Below are positions 33,601 through 43,869 of a stretch of 64,000 nucleotides of DNA, in pieces. The DNA is from Octopus sinensis (Eukaryota). Every line of letters begins with the position of its first letter. Position 1 is the stretch's first letter. A program made the position numbers and the translations under genes. The stretch is from positions 15,686,001 through 15,750,000 of the forward strand of contig NC_043015.1 of assembly GCF_006345805.1 (NCBI RefSeq), read 5' to 3'. Under the pieces are notes generated by a model, which was not told where the DNA came from, did no database searches, and saw nothing but the letters and a program-made list of their open reading frames with translations.

Positions 33601-35583
33601 ATAAGGCGCAAAAAAAACATGATAAAAATGAGAGGGTGAAAATAAAAGATGAAAGTGATGTTACCCGCCCCATCGGATAACATAACTTACCTGTCCTCTT
33701 TTCCTATGTCCTCCTCTTATAGTCTTTCGAAAAATACTTAGTCCCTTATTTTCACCCCATACTGTTTTTCAAGTTCTTTTTTCTTGTCCGGGTCTATTTC
33801 CTTTCTTATTAATAGAAAAACATTGTTCAGTTCATTTTCGAGTTCTTTCACTTGTTTTCCCGTTAATAGCACCCCCATACACTCCTCCTCATCCCAACTA
33901 TCCGGCAATTCAACTTCACCCCAGTCCCTCAATATTTCCAACAGGTCCTCGTCTTCCTTGTCTAACGGAGGGGAATTTTGTAAGTTGTGCTGTTTGTCTG
34001 CTTTTTTGTTTTCTTATTGGCGGGGAGTGGGTAGGTTTTGTGTCTGCAGGGGAAGGATGGGACGAAGAGGGTGTGGGTGGTGCTGGGGTGGGTTGGGGTT
34101 CATTATAACTTGCCTTCTTTCTTTTTCTCTTCTTCCTTTTACCATTGGTTTCCCATTTTGCTTGATCTTCCATCTTTTCGTCTTCTGCCTCTCTCTGTTC
34201 CTCTTGCGGCTCCCGGGTATCTTCTACCACTTTTACAGGTTCCTTCGTTGGTTCCTTCGCTGGTGGTGGGCAGTTAGCTCTTATGTGACATTAAATGCCA
34301 CATTTAAGACATCGAGGAGCTCTGCCCTCCACCTATACTCATAGACTTATGTCTCCCATCGTGATTACTTCTGTTAAGCTTTCCAGGACTTCAGTTTCCG
34401 CTTGGACGCTCATCTCTAATACTCCTCCCTTCCAGTTGCCTTCATCCGTAATCGTGGCCTGAAGTATATCTACCTTATCCTCATTGTCAATGAGGATGGC
34501 TCCCACTACCCATTCAGCTTTTATGTCGGGCGGGATCCCTTCCACCCTGATCATGGACGTCTTCCTTCCCAGATACGAGGGCAGAAGGAATACTTTTTCT
34601 GTTTTGATAGTCCTTGCAGCCATCCTCCTAGCGACTTCCTCCGACTCGAACTGCACAACGACAGTACCATACTTATTTCCTCTTGTCAGGAATATTACCT
34701 TCTCCGCTGTTGACCATAATGCCTCCTCCGCGGTTTCCATTCCGACTGAATCTATCTTTCTTTTTCCTGTCGCAAACACTTTATATGTTATAGTTTTTCT
34801 TTCAAACCTCTTCATCGTTTTCCTTGGCAGAGACAATTCCACGTCACCGCCTACCTTCTTCACCCATTTTTGGCCATCCGGTAACTTAGAAAGTTAACCT
34901 CTTGTTGGTTTCATTGCTCCTGCGAAAGTCCGTCTTCCTTCTAACTCCATATCCAGTCTGTTGACCGCCCTCACTAGTTCTTCTTCCGAAGTCGATAGAT
35001 CCGACTCACTGAGGTCAGAATACATGTTCCTCCTTGCCATTTCTTAAAAAACACCACCGCTGCGAACAGCAAAAATCCAAAACAATTACACAAAACAAAT
35101 ACAATCTTGAACCATACGGCAACGTAAAAATTCAACTTACACAGACGAAAAACCACGAAGCATCACACTCGGCGTGCTGACGATTCTGCTAGCACACTAC
35201 CTTACTTTTCTAGATATACTGGCCGAAGAAATATATTTCCATTCACCACAATTTTAAATGATAACTGAAGGTTGAAATATTTAACCCGCTTGACCAGATT
35301 CAAACGTGCTGCCTCATAAATGATACTAAATAGCAATACAGGGTGTACTCCTCACTAACCTGCACACAATCAAGTAAAAATTTTGCAATAAATAAGATAT
35401 AATAAATAAATTAGTTGAAAGTTGAATAATACTCACGTAGTTTCTGGCAATATCTGGGTGTGTATAGTCTAAACCATCATCAAGAACACAAATACGAATT
35501 CCTCTTCCAGTTATATTCTTCTCCCACAGAGGGATCACATTTAAATTAAGAGGAGAGTCCTCTCTGATTTCACCAGCATTATT
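4683..35583 (-). CDS. Kexin/furin-like proprotein convertase (subtilase S8B), partial: join of 5 exons encoding most of the catalytic domain (243 aa)
   Basis: Spliced translation: [49 protein letters not shown]|[27 protein letters not shown]|[29 protein letters not shown]|[58 protein letters not shown]|[80 protein letters not shown]. All introns are GT-AG, phases 0/0/2/1/0/0, at the positions I recall for furin-family genes. Introns are 4826, 8300, 12523 and 4523 bp. Orthologue not assignable by eye. Confidence 0.95.
5450..5852 (+). mobile_element. tRNA-derived SINE family 1
   Basis: tRNA-like head, internal (TG)n, tail gactgaaacaagtaaaagggtaaaagag. Confidence 0.85.
6481..6952 (+). mobile_element. 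tRNA-derived SINE family 1 with expanded internal (TA)n/(TATG)n
   Basis: Same head and tail as the other copies. Confidence 0.85.
7222..8305 (-). mobile_element. SINE family 1 copy split by a 723-bp insert (SINE body 7222-7543, head 8267-8305)
   Basis: Head gtaggcacaggcatggctgtgtggtgaagaag continues after the insert as ...gtcaggttcagtctcactgcacagcacc. Confidence 0.8.
7544..8266 (-). mobile_element. 5'-truncated Tx1-like retroposon lacking reverse transcriptase, with 15-bp TSD
   Basis: Perfect direct repeat acatgaacttcttca at 7529-7543 and 8267-8281. Broken K/E/P-rich ORF; [21 protein letters not shown] resembles [20 protein letters not shown] at the C-end of the 33541-35169 element. Pyrimidine-rich 3' UTR ends ...ttctctatgtaaggccttatggccaatataatgaaa. 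Confidence 0.7.
8655..8930. repeat. AT-rich degenerate minisatellite built on atgtta/taacat
   Basis: Recurrent atgttaatat, attaacatt, ataacat and aaatatgtta words. Confidence 0.6.
9298..9425 (+). mobile_element. tRNA-derived SINE family 2, 3' part, ending about 20 bp from the donor of exon 9446-9618
   Basis: gtcaactttgcctttc...aagtaccag...gtcaatgtaattgac...ttgtgccaaaatttgaaacc. Confidence 0.8.
9446..9618 (-). CDS. Convertase exon (G)IRMLDG...[10 protein letters not shown]...GVQQ, 173 nt, phase 1-0
   Basis: Acceptor ttcatacag, donor gtgggt; canonical RMLDG and YSASWGPxDDG motifs. Confidence 0.95.
11641..13234. repeat. Degenerate 15-bp satellite (consensus about AACAATCATTAGTCC), left part
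   Basis: Dozens of caatcatt/attagtcc/ccaacaat words at roughly 15-bp phase; reads (TIISP)n on + and (GLMIV)n on -. Confidence 0.85.
13822..14928 (+). pseudogene. LINE ORF1 (gag-like, CCHC zinc knuckle), frameshifted
   Basis: [10 protein letters not shown]...[17 protein letters not shown]...[15 protein letters not shown]...[17 protein letters not shown] (CX2CX4HX4C across a frameshift near 14500), followed by a K/E/P-rich tail. Confidence 0.85.
15306..18493 (+). pseudogene. LINE ORF2 (AP endonuclease + reverse transcriptase + C-terminal CCHC), multiple stops and frameshifts
   Basis: [97 protein letters not shown]. Confidence 0.95.
19570..20120. repeat. Degenerate 15-bp satellite, right part; includes a perfect 3 x 26-bp amplification at 19886-19963
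   Basis: Same words as 11641-13234; unit ATCATAAATCAATCATTAGTTCAACG three times. Confidence 0.8.
20700..21400 (+). mobile_element. Probable decayed Helitron PIF1-helicase C-terminal remnant
   Basis: SRHNLHL* resembles PPHNLHLK; downstream fragments are loosely FPV..FA / LYV like. Confidence 0.4.
21900..22056 (-). mobile_element. tRNA-derived SINE family 2, degenerate
   Basis: tatcgatcccgcaaggatgaaag...cgacctcggcggaatttgaactcagaac. Confidence 0.75.
22142..22230 (-). CDS. Convertase exon with catalytic His (HGTHCAG), 89 nt, phase 2-1
   Basis: Acceptor tttctag, donor gtaaga; [29 protein letters not shown]. Confidence 0.95.
22900..23320 (-). mobile_element. Possible decayed Helitron helicase remnant
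   Basis: RNL...[10 protein letters not shown]...CPICFEQ* loosely resembles the LRNL..NGTRL / FPVRLCFAMT region. Confidence 0.3.
24413..24458 (-). ncRNA. Minimal type-I hammerhead ribozyme motif (mirror copy, on the gene-sense strand)
   Basis: Minus strand reads gacac-CTGATGA-a-ggctg(gagtgtatat)cagcc-GAAA-cgtt-gtgtt. Confidence 0.75.
24571..24616 (+). ncRNA. Minimal type-I hammerhead ribozyme motif
   Basis: GACAC-CTGATGA-A-GGCTG(gaggttatat)CAGCC-GAAA-CGTT-GTGTT: stem I GACAC/GTGTT, stem II GGCTG/CAGCC, palindromic ACGT stem III, GUU site. Confidence 0.75.
25650..26464 (-). mobile_element. Head-to-tail array of four SINE family 2 units (25650-25813, 25814-26045, 26050-26233, 26234-26464)
   Basis: tRNA-like head ggcggcgagctggcagaaacgttag...gagttcaaattccgcc. 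Three units carry the tail ...tgtccttgtttgtcccctctgtgtttagccccttgtgggtaataaagaaatag. Confidence 0.92.
26499..26712 (+). mobile_element. SINE family 2 copy, inverted and head-to-head with the array
   Basis: ggcggcgagcttggcagaatcgttaac...gagttcaaattccgccgag...cttgtacctaaagttgaaacc. Confidence 0.88.
27100..28800 (-). mobile_element. Probable decayed Helitron PIF1-helicase remnant
   Basis: [10 protein letters not shown]...[11 protein letters not shown] resembles VASSGIAATLL..GRTAHS.FKLPLNL; DFYQL resembles GDFRQIL; IFSQDNFCL resembles VFSHGQLY. Confidence 0.4.
29880..30225 (+). mobile_element. Non-autonomous Helitron-like (HINE-type) element, 3' part
   Basis: Ends ...caaatttgagcgcaatcggatgg...(ca)n(gaca)n...ttatataatagat, the same terminus type as 57047-57345. 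Confidence 0.55.
30531..30610 (-). CDS. Convertase exon [26 protein letters not shown](S), 80 nt, phase 0-2
   Basis: Not in the ORF track; found by reading the minus strand. Acceptor cattcaag, donor gtaaga. Matches the furin DPGASFDVNDQDPDPQP segment and its phases fit both neighbouring exons. Confidence 0.92.
31700..32400 (-). mobile_element. Decayed Helitron PIF1-helicase remnant
   Basis: Across frames: SGG, SSKHAT, KTAPSMF (GRTAHSMF-like), NLFIWDEA (LIIWDEA motif II), INSCIS (INACIK-like). Confidence 0.55.
33541..35169 (-). mobile_element. ORF1-only, non-autonomous Tx1-related retroposon (1.63 kb) with a degenerate 18-bp TSD
   Basis: TSD cggcgggcaaacgattct (33523-33540) / cggcgtgctgacgattct (35170-35187), 15/18 identical. 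5' UTR about 130 nt, ORF1, then directly a 3' UTR of about 200 nt ending ggtaataaagaaatt. No endonuclease or RT sequence. Confidence 0.85.
33738..35040 (-). pseudogene. LINE-type ORF1 with decayed zinc knuckle, homologous to ORF1 at 13822-14928
   Basis: [23 protein letters not shown]...[17 protein letters not shown] versus [23 protein letters not shown]...[17 protein letters not shown]; [18 protein letters not shown]; several in-frame stops. Confidence 0.85.
35437..35583 (-). CDS. Convertase exon with catalytic Asp (VLDDG), 147 nt, phase 0-0
   Basis: Acceptor ttttag before AAT AAT GCT; donor gtgagt after AAC TAC; motif [24 protein letters not shown]. Confidence 0.95.
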
Positions 35584-36201
35584 CTAAAATTAAAAAAATA
35601 TTGTAAATTATATCCACCCAATATAAAATATAGACACCTCCACTAAAATAGGATCTTTTCCATTAGACGCGCAGAGAAAAATCCATATTATTGCAAAACT
35701 TTTAATCTATAATGGTTCGTAATTTTTTACATTATTAATTTTCAGAAATTAAAAAAAGTCGTTGGCTTTTGTAATTGGCACTCAGAGCTACATGTGTACT
35801 GAAACTTTCAAGAAAATTGAGTCCCGGGTCAATCGGAAAGATCTCTGAAGAGGTATGGAAGAGACCCATCTGAAAAGTTAATTTGTTGGAGTATACGACG
35901 CGCTTTTTAAAATTTTTTAATGTACAAAAAATCGCCCTACATCTTATGCAGCCGTACTATATATGAGATATCGAGTGTTATAAGCTAGAGAACTGGGTAA
36001 GCGTAAGTACGTTACGCACAGTAATCGCTACTAATAATAAGATACTGAAAAAAATTTAGCACAAACTACTTTCGATACGTTGGTAGTCACATCATCTCGT
36101 TGAACCATCTTCCCCAGCATACATAACCCACACCTGGTGTGTATCTTACATTATTTAATGATTTTGTTACCATTAAGAGACGTTTTTAAAACTACCTAAA
36201 T

Positions 36202-36448
36202 CAGTGGTGCTCAACCTGGGTTAATATGACCCTTGGAGGGCCACATAAGATTTTGCTGTTAAAATTAATGTTCAATAAATTGGTTAAACTTCTACAATGC
36301 ACAAAATATTTTAACAATTTTCTATACAATTCCTAATAACATTTAATTATAAAAATGTAAAATGTTTTAAAACATCGAATGGTTACAAGGGCCCACCCAA
36401 GTAAAATAGAAATCAAAGGGGTCCATTGAAAATGTTTGGGAACCACTG
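36202..36448. mobile_element. hAT-superfamily MITE
   Basis: TIRs CAGTGGTGCTCAAC / reverse complement CAGTGGTTCCCAAA; 8-bp TSD acctaaat / atctaaat (7/8). Confidence 0.8.
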
Positions 36449-36679
36449 ATCTAAATGAAAACTCTCCTGGAAATATGAAAGGAATGTTAAGCAATCATCC
36501 ATTTGCAATGAGTTAGTGATAACAAATCTGGCAGCCAAAGGCAATATAACACGAAACACAATAACGAAAAATACAAATTTTATATCCTGTGTGAAAATTC
36601 TCTTGACCAAAATATAAACAGCTATACCGTTCATCTGAACGAAGATATAACTGAATAACGGTACTCGTATAATGTCATT

Positions 36680-38340
36680 CATCATCATTGTTCGGCCGTG
36701 GTCGAGACAATGGAATTTACCATGCTACGCCAGACTTCACGGTCCATCATGGCATTACGGAGGTCCTGTTGCTTGATGCCTGTATCCCTGGAGATTACAT
36801 CAGGGTAGGAGAGTGTGCGCCCTCTGGTATTGCGAGTAGATGGCTTCCAGAGGAGAAGAGTAGAAATTACCTCTTTTTCAGCTCTACAACAATGTCCAGC
36901 AAACTGGACTCTCCTACCTTTCACAAGAGATGACACAGGTGGTAGTTTCCCATATATTTCCATTTTGGCTGGATGGCGCCTCCACGAGAGATTTTGAGCT
37001 CTCATAAGGAGGCGAGTGTAGGTTCCATCCAACCGCCTCTCAAGCTTGTTTGATAACGTCCAGGTTTCTGAGCCATATAGTAGAATTGGTTCGACTGTAG
37101 CTTTGAAGATTTCAAGTTTGAAGTCTCTACTTAGATTTGATGACCAGATCTTATGAATGTCATTACAGGCTGACCAGGCCATACCCTTTCTAGTTAGAAA
37201 GTCTTTTCCAGATGATGATATTTATGACCCAATATATTTGTAATCAGAAACCATATTTAAGGGCGCATTGTTGAGAGTATGGATGATGCAATCACTGTTG
37301 GACAGGCACTTGTTTATATATTCAGTCTTGGCCTCATTGAGGTAAAGACCTACACAATTTGAGGCTTGTTAGAGAGATTGTAAAAGAGACTGGGTATTGG
37401 AGAGAGAATCACTGATAAGAGCGATGTCGTCAGCAAAGTCAGTGTCTGTCAAGTATTCAGCTGGGTGTCTGGAACTTCTTCTTGGTTTTATTTCAAAACC
37501 CTTGCCAGAGATGGTATCAACTGACATACGTAGCACATAGTCAACGACAATGATGAAAAGAAATGGGGCGAGTGTGTCTCCCTGCAGTATTCCGCCTTTG
37601 ATTGAGAAAGATGATGTTTCTACGTCAGGGGTTAAGATGGTTGAAGACGTATCTGTGTAGAGGACCTTGATGGCAGAAATGATTTTGTCTGGTATCCCAT
37701 AGAGCTTAAGGATTTCAAACATCTTGTACCTATCTACAGAGTCGAACGCTTTAGAAAAGTCTACATATACCATTGCAAGATCGCGACTAAATGCTTTTGA
37801 TTCTTCAATAAGTCTGCGTAGGCATAGTATCAGGCTTAGCGTTGAGCGCCCATGTCTGAATCCATTTTGGTTCTTTCGGAGCAAAGGTTCAACAAAAAGG
37901 ACAAGACGATTTAGAATCAGTTTGTTGTACAGTTTTGCAGCAATTGACATTAGAGATATATCCCTTTAGTTGGTGACGAGGGATAAATCGCCTTTTTTGG
38001 GTATTGGGATGATTTGAGATTGGTGCCAAATCTTTGGAGCGACAAAGGTGGAAAGTGTGTGGTTGCAAAGGTTGAGCAAAAGTGTGTGAAATCTATCATC
38101 CTTCCAAATTATAGCTGGGATGTTGTCGGGACCAAATGCTTTCGAGGCTTTTAGTTGCTTGGTGGCTGCTGTTAGTTCAAATATGGTAAAAGGGGAGGTG
38201 TTGATGTCCAGCGTGTCTGATATAGGCACACTTGGAAGAGTGGGGTTATCAGGGATTTTGGCATTCTTCCCAAGAAGGTTTTTAAAATGAGTTGACCAAT
38301 TTTCTAAACGCTTCTTAGCTGATCCCCCTTTAATTCTAAT
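36680..38340 (-). mobile_element. 5'-truncated RTE-clade LINE (RT + C-terminus), lightly decayed
   Basis: KAFGPDNIP, QNGFRHGRST, YVDFSKAFDSVDR, GILQGDTLAPFLF, DFADDIAL, ILLYGSETWTL; tgatgatga tail after the stop. Confidence 0.95.
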
Positions 38341-41300
38341 TGATGACCCAGAATTTTTTATAATGTAGTTTATATATCATACTTATTCCATTCTATTATC
38401 ACTACATTGTACAGAATCCTACAGTTTCCCTTACAAAATCACTTTAAAATATTTTTCAATAAGTTAGATGAAATATAATAAATTTGTTTTTTGAGTTTTT
38501 TCTCACAAAATTAACTTGTAAAATAGGGGTCTATCTGATTCGCCGGCAAATACGGCATATTTTCTCTTCACATTACATTAATATAATTCGTCTTTTGCAT
38601 CCGACTGAATTGACTCTTGCTGATAGACTCTGAAGTCTCCGAGATTTTTGCGCTTATCTTTGGAACCAAGCAGTGTAGTCAGAATTTCTGCTGGCTGGGA
38701 CAGTCCTGGAGGTCAGCACAACACCACGAGAAAAATGATATAATAGATATATAAAGAGTTACCTTGCTAAAGTTGACCAAGGAGGATCGGTCCCATCCCT
38801 TTAGCTACATTAGTGTTAGAGTCTTCGCGTAATAATTCTACCCGCTAGAAATAACAGCCAAAGCAACAAATAATGTCGGAATTATGGACTTTCAACTATT
38901 TAGCCCAAGTATTTTCTACAACGTGTCTTAACACCTAAATGTTTTTAAACAAGATTAGTATTAGCTTATATATATATATATATATATATATGAGTTCAGA
39001 GGGACATATTTTCTAGGTGGATACCGTATTAGCTCTCAGTTAAGTTCAAGTTAACGGCTAACCACGACGATGAAGCTGCGCCGACAATATTGCAAAGTTG
39101 AATTTGCAACAGTGAGTAGTCGCTGCAGCGGAAACTCGTGTAGGTCATTATAAAATGCTGTATATAACTATAAACTAAATTTTGTGGATGTACAAGTCTC
39201 CATACCCTTTACTGTTTATATATATATATATATTATATATATATATACACACACACACACACAAACACACATTGTTTTCTCTCACGGTTTTTTTTTCGTT
39301 CTCTCTCCATTTTTTCCCTCTCAATCCTTTCTGCCCAAGAGCGTAGGCTCGAAACATCAAAGACTTTCTCACTTTCTCGAGCGTCAAACTAATACACTTG
39401 CTTGTTGTTCCCGTACCTGTCTTCGTCTTTTTATTTTGTGTAAATTTGAACTATATATGAGTGCGTGTGTGTGTGTGTGTGGTGTGTGTGTGTGTGTGTG
39501 CGTGCGTATGTATGTATATTGTTAATTCATATACACTAAATATATTACGTAATCTTCAACAAGAAGAATATTGTCAAAAGTTATTAAAATCCATTCCAAA
39601 ATATAAAGCAACCTCAAGATCATGAGGCACTACATATAACTGCCTGCTAGAAATGTAATTAGGGATCGGCTACTCAAAGGATAAACCCAATGTTTCCTCT
39701 GTGTTTCGTAAAAGGTAACTAAAGGAGGTTGAGATAGAATTTACATTCCGACCTCATAAAACCCTCATCCGCAACGTCTACCCAAACTTGTCACGTGAGT
39801 AGTGCAAAGGTGCTTTCCGCCAGGAGGAAGGAATCACCAACAAATGGAGGATGCAGCAACGCGCAGTTACAGCGGATACCCCCATGCTACTACTACTACT
39901 ACTACTACTATTGATCAATAAGATAGCCAAAATTAATTTTGAAAAAATAATAAATTGTAGACTCAAATAGGATATCGTCGTAGTGTCTGCTTCCGCTTTG
40001 ACGTCAAACATTCCATTAAAGTGTCTGAAATCAACCAGAAAAGTGAATCTAGATACGGATGTCCTTTCTTTCTTTTCATTAATTACCGTTTTCAGCAGGC
40101 TGCGCAGTAACGGATATAAGGGAAGTAATAGTGATGTCTGTATGGAGAGTGAGACGGGAGGGGGGGGGGGGCAGAAAAAGAGGATGTAAAGAATACTATC
40201 AAGTTATTCTTAAGAATTTGTAGTAAAGATCTTTCACGGAATGACGAAATAAACATTTTTTTAAAACTTTTTAAAAAGTAAAATAAAATGTACACTTAAA
40301 ATCTTTCGATGCGAAAATGGCATAACGATGAGATATTGGACAACCAGTTTTAGAATCGTAGATCAGATGAGTTATTCTGAGTATTCCCGGGGAGGACAGA
40401 TACTTCAGCTATTATGAAGAATATGTAAATATAGCTTATGAAAAGTTTAGTTGCCAAAGCTGGTGCCCAATCCCAAACAGGTTTAGGGTTAGGGTTAGGG
40501 TTTTAGATCTTGCGAGTTTAATGGTATTAGAGTTATTATTTTGTGCAAGAAATATGGCAACTGATACAACTATTAAAAATCGTCTTTATTTGATTATTTC
40601 TTTTCAAGTTGCTTTGGATTTTGTGGAAAAAATATATTGGGAAAATATACTTGATGGTAAAAATAGTAGCTATGTAATGAACCATCTTTCACGCCAAAAA
40701 GTATAAAATATCAGAGCTCTTAAAGAGGGTTGAACCTTGATTATTTAAAAGAAACATTTATGTAAGCAATTTAGAAAATCTAGGTCCAGGGCGCTTTTAC
40801 ATTTACCTACTACTACATTTTTAAAATCAAAAGAAGTTTTGAGATTATCTGGGATAGACAACGAAGTTAACACAGAAACATTAACTCGTAACTGCATATA
40901 ACTATCACTAGTTTCAAAGTTTACAAATAAATTTCTAAGTAATGGGGTCACAAGAGAGAATTCGCCATCTTTACTTTAGAAGTACATCATCCAGCTGCTT
41001 TATTACTAAGATGCAGTTTTACAAGAAAACTAGTAACTAAACAACTACGTCCGGTCTGCGTTATTGTTTATATATATCACCATCCACCTCGACGTCAAAA
41101 AATTTCGACTCACCGCAGCTGAATTCAGCATTTATACCGAAATGTTGCTTAGAATAGTTGTTTATCGAAAGTATAAAAATGTAAAACAGGAAGGAATAAA
41201 CAAATTTCACGTTTGAAATATAAAAAGAAAGTTACAGAAATATTTCTTACTTAAATCCATCACGATGGAATATTTTGCGGTTAGCTACTAGACTCAAAAC

Positions 41301-41629
41301 AGATGTTTTGTGAGCATTATTTTGTTGAAAACTATTTTAGGAGTAATTATCAGAAAGTCTCAAGAGCAAATTAATGGCGGGAAGAATAAAAGATCGAATG
41401 CAGGTTAATTAAAAGATTTGGTAATTCCGATCTCCAGCGTTTTTAGTCCAGATGTGTATAAGTAATTCAATAACTAATTAATTAATTACTTATATGAGCG
41501 TATAAACTACTTAGTTTAATCTATTTATATATATTTAAAACGCATACGCATGTATGTATGTGCATATATAGACATATTTTATTAAAATATATTCAGTGAG
41601 CACAAAGTTTCTTCTGCGTTTTCTTCATA

Positions 41630-42190
41630 AGATATGAATGATGGTCTTGAATATATACAAGCATATTCTGAGAACCCAGGAAATCTCCGATACGATGGAA
41701 CCTTTGCCATGTATGTATGTATGTATGTATGTATGTATGTATGTATGTATGTATGTATGTCGTTATTTAGTTTTATTTCAAGATTTCATGCCAATAGAGA
41801 AAGAGCCGTTTTCTAACCTAGATCTCAGGGTCCTTCATTGGAATTTCAACATCAAGAGGGTATTATGTGTATGTATGTATGTATGTATGTATGAATGTAT
41901 GTATGTATGTATGTATGTATGCATTTATGCATGCATGTTGGCATGTGTGTGTAAGTTTGTTTTATGTACATATTCTCATGCATATTGCTGCATGTCTAGA
42001 TATACTCATATATACTTAAATGATAAACTTGAGGAAAGTTTTACAGATTTTTATAGTTCCGGTGATAGCTTGGATCTGAGGTCATTGAATCAGCTTCCTC
42101 CTTTCTTGCTTTGAGAAGCCTCATTTTTCAAGATTGGTTCTTAAGCAGTGTGTTACATATTCCAGTGCCACAATAATTACAGGTATAAAC
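41630..42190 (+). mobile_element. Unclassified interspersed repeat with internal (TATG)n; inverted copy at 55960-56400
   Basis: Shared ctaacctagatct...ccttcattggaatttcaacatcaa and aaatgataaact...ggaaagttttacagattttta...cagtgtgttacatat. Confidence 0.75.
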
Positions 42191-42340
42191 ATGTATGTAT
42201 GTATTATGTATGTATCTATGTATGTACGTACGTATGTGTTTACGTATGTATGTACGTGTGTGTGTATTTACGAATGCATGAACGTGTGCACATGTGTGTG
42301 TGCGTGTATGCGTGCGTGCGTATGCATGAATGCATATGCG

Positions 42341-42745
42341 CAGGTGTGGCAGTGTAGTAAGAACTTTGCTTCTCAGTCACATGTTTCAGAGTTCAGTTCC
42401 ACTGCGTGGTACATTGGGCAATTGTTTTCTACTGTAACCTCGGGCTGACTAAAATACTGTGAGTGGGTTTGGTAGATGGAAACTGAAAGAAGCCCGTCGT
42501 ATGTGTGTGTGTGTGTGTGTGTGCGCATGTGTTTGTGTGTGTGTGCGCGCGCCTGTCTCCATGCTTGTCCCTCACAACTGCTTGACAACCAGTGTTTGTA
42601 TCTTTAAGTCCCCCATAACTTAGCAATTGACCGATAGAATAAGTACCAAACTTTAGAAAGATTATTGGGATCGATTTGTTTAACTCTAAAATTCTTGAAG
42701 GTGGTGCCCCAGTATGGACGCAGTCTTATGACTGAAACAAATAAA
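42341..42745 (+). mobile_element. tRNA-derived SINE family 1
   Basis: Head caggtgtggcagtgtagtaagaac...gagttcagttccactgc; tail gactgaaacaaataaa. Confidence 0.85.
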
Positions 42746-42749
42746 TAAA

Positions 42750-42752
42750 GTC

Positions 42753-42821
<69 letters not shown>

Positions 42822-43600
42822 ATATAAATAATATATATGCATATATACATACGTATATGCACATACATATAGACGTATATACATATGCATATATGGGCAT
42901 AGGACGTCACGAAAACATGAGATACAAAATACGAATACATGGAATATGAACTTTTTTGCAACAACGAAAGAAACAAATGGAAAACAAGACAAGTAACATA
43001 ACGAACGGCCCTTCATTAGTTGTTGGCTGTTTTTCTAATCTGTATTTCGAGCAATTCAACGACAAGATACGCCTTCGATAAAACAGCTGTTCCCGCAAAT
43101 CAAATTAAATAAAATTTGGGATCTTGCGGAGGCTCAAAATTGTTAATAAAAACAGGATAGTGAAAACAAACAGGAAGGGCTGTTAAGCCTAAATGAGATG
43201 AGATGGCGAACGCGAAGAAGCAAGCTTGGACAAGAGACAGACAAGAATGTGTCTGATTCGTCCAGCTGAACCAGAAAGAAACACAAGTTAGGAAAAGAAA
43301 GAAAGATGACCGATGGTCACGTGGGAGCCACCAGAGAGTAAAGGAGGAAGAGAGAGGGAGAGAGAGAGTGACAGACAGGGAATGGCGAAAGGAAAAGGGA
43401 AAAAAATTAAAGAAAGGACAAGAGAGAAAAAGGGGAGAAAAACGAAAGAGTAATAGAATAATAGAATAGAATACACACACACACACACATAAATATGGAA
43501 CAAAAATGCAATAGAGTACAATAAAACATTCGGACAGATAGACGATACAAAGCGGACAAGAGAAACAACAATTAGGACAGGCAAAAAAATACGGGTCATT
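42750..43600 (-). mobile_element. Interspersed repeat (probably a Penelope-like terminal region); inverted copy at 57380-58200
   Basis: Shared blocks ggctta(a/g)cagcccttcctgt, gtgaccg(a/t)cggccatc, tagaaaaacagcca, (c)t(a/g)atgaaggg. Confidence 0.65.
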
Positions 43601-43869
43601 CCTCAGTCAAGTCCCAGAAGTCACGACCGTTACACTTGAGACGGTTCTATCGGGTTGCCCCCCCCCCAAAGGTCTAATTTAAGAGCATTAGACCCCTTTG
43701 TAAGAAAGCTAGAGAATGTGTACGGCAACGAAGACAAAGACGGAGAACATGGTACACAAAAAGACGAAAAATGGAGAATATGGTACACAATTACGAATAC
43801 AAACAACAAGAAAATAATTTATGTCTTTCAACAGGAAGAAAAAGGCAGCAAAAGAATTTCGATTATCTC

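Larger units (their letters stand above)
33345..35202 (-). mobile_element. SINE family 2 copy split by an ORF1-only element (SINE body 33345-33540, head 35170-35202)
   Basis: Head ...gtgtgctagcagaatcgtcagcacgccg resumes after the insert as agaatcgtttgcccgccgaacagaacgcttagcggcatttt...gagttcaaattccacc. Confidence 0.8.

Noticed and set aside
38763-38844. AG...GT-bounded segment containing TDPPW, resembling the TDP.F..QW end of the pro-region exon
   Set aside because: The TDPPW frame has an upstream TAA and the other frames also stop; the flank resembles an interspersed repeat end.
39331-39370. Hammerhead-like GAGC(gtag)GCTC-GAAA hairpins here and at about 58700-58735 (minus) and 61125-61185 (minus)
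   Set aside because: The CUGANGA core is too degenerate to call a ribozyme; likely decayed Penelope-like repeats.
39778-40011. ORF with a hydrophobic stretch and poly-Ser, superficially a signal peptide
   Set aside because: The poly-Ser is a (TAG)n microsatellite and the remainder looks like a retroposon 3' region; no usable donor or convertase similarity.
40483-40500. (TTAGGG)3 telomere-like repeat
   Set aside because: Only three units; too short to indicate an interstitial telomere and such tracts are common inside DNA transposon remnants.
40745-40951. 68-codon minus-strand ORF with a possible 42-nt exon (DNLKTSFDFKNVVV)
   Set aside because: No recognisable homology, and phase 1-1 does not connect to the convertase exons.
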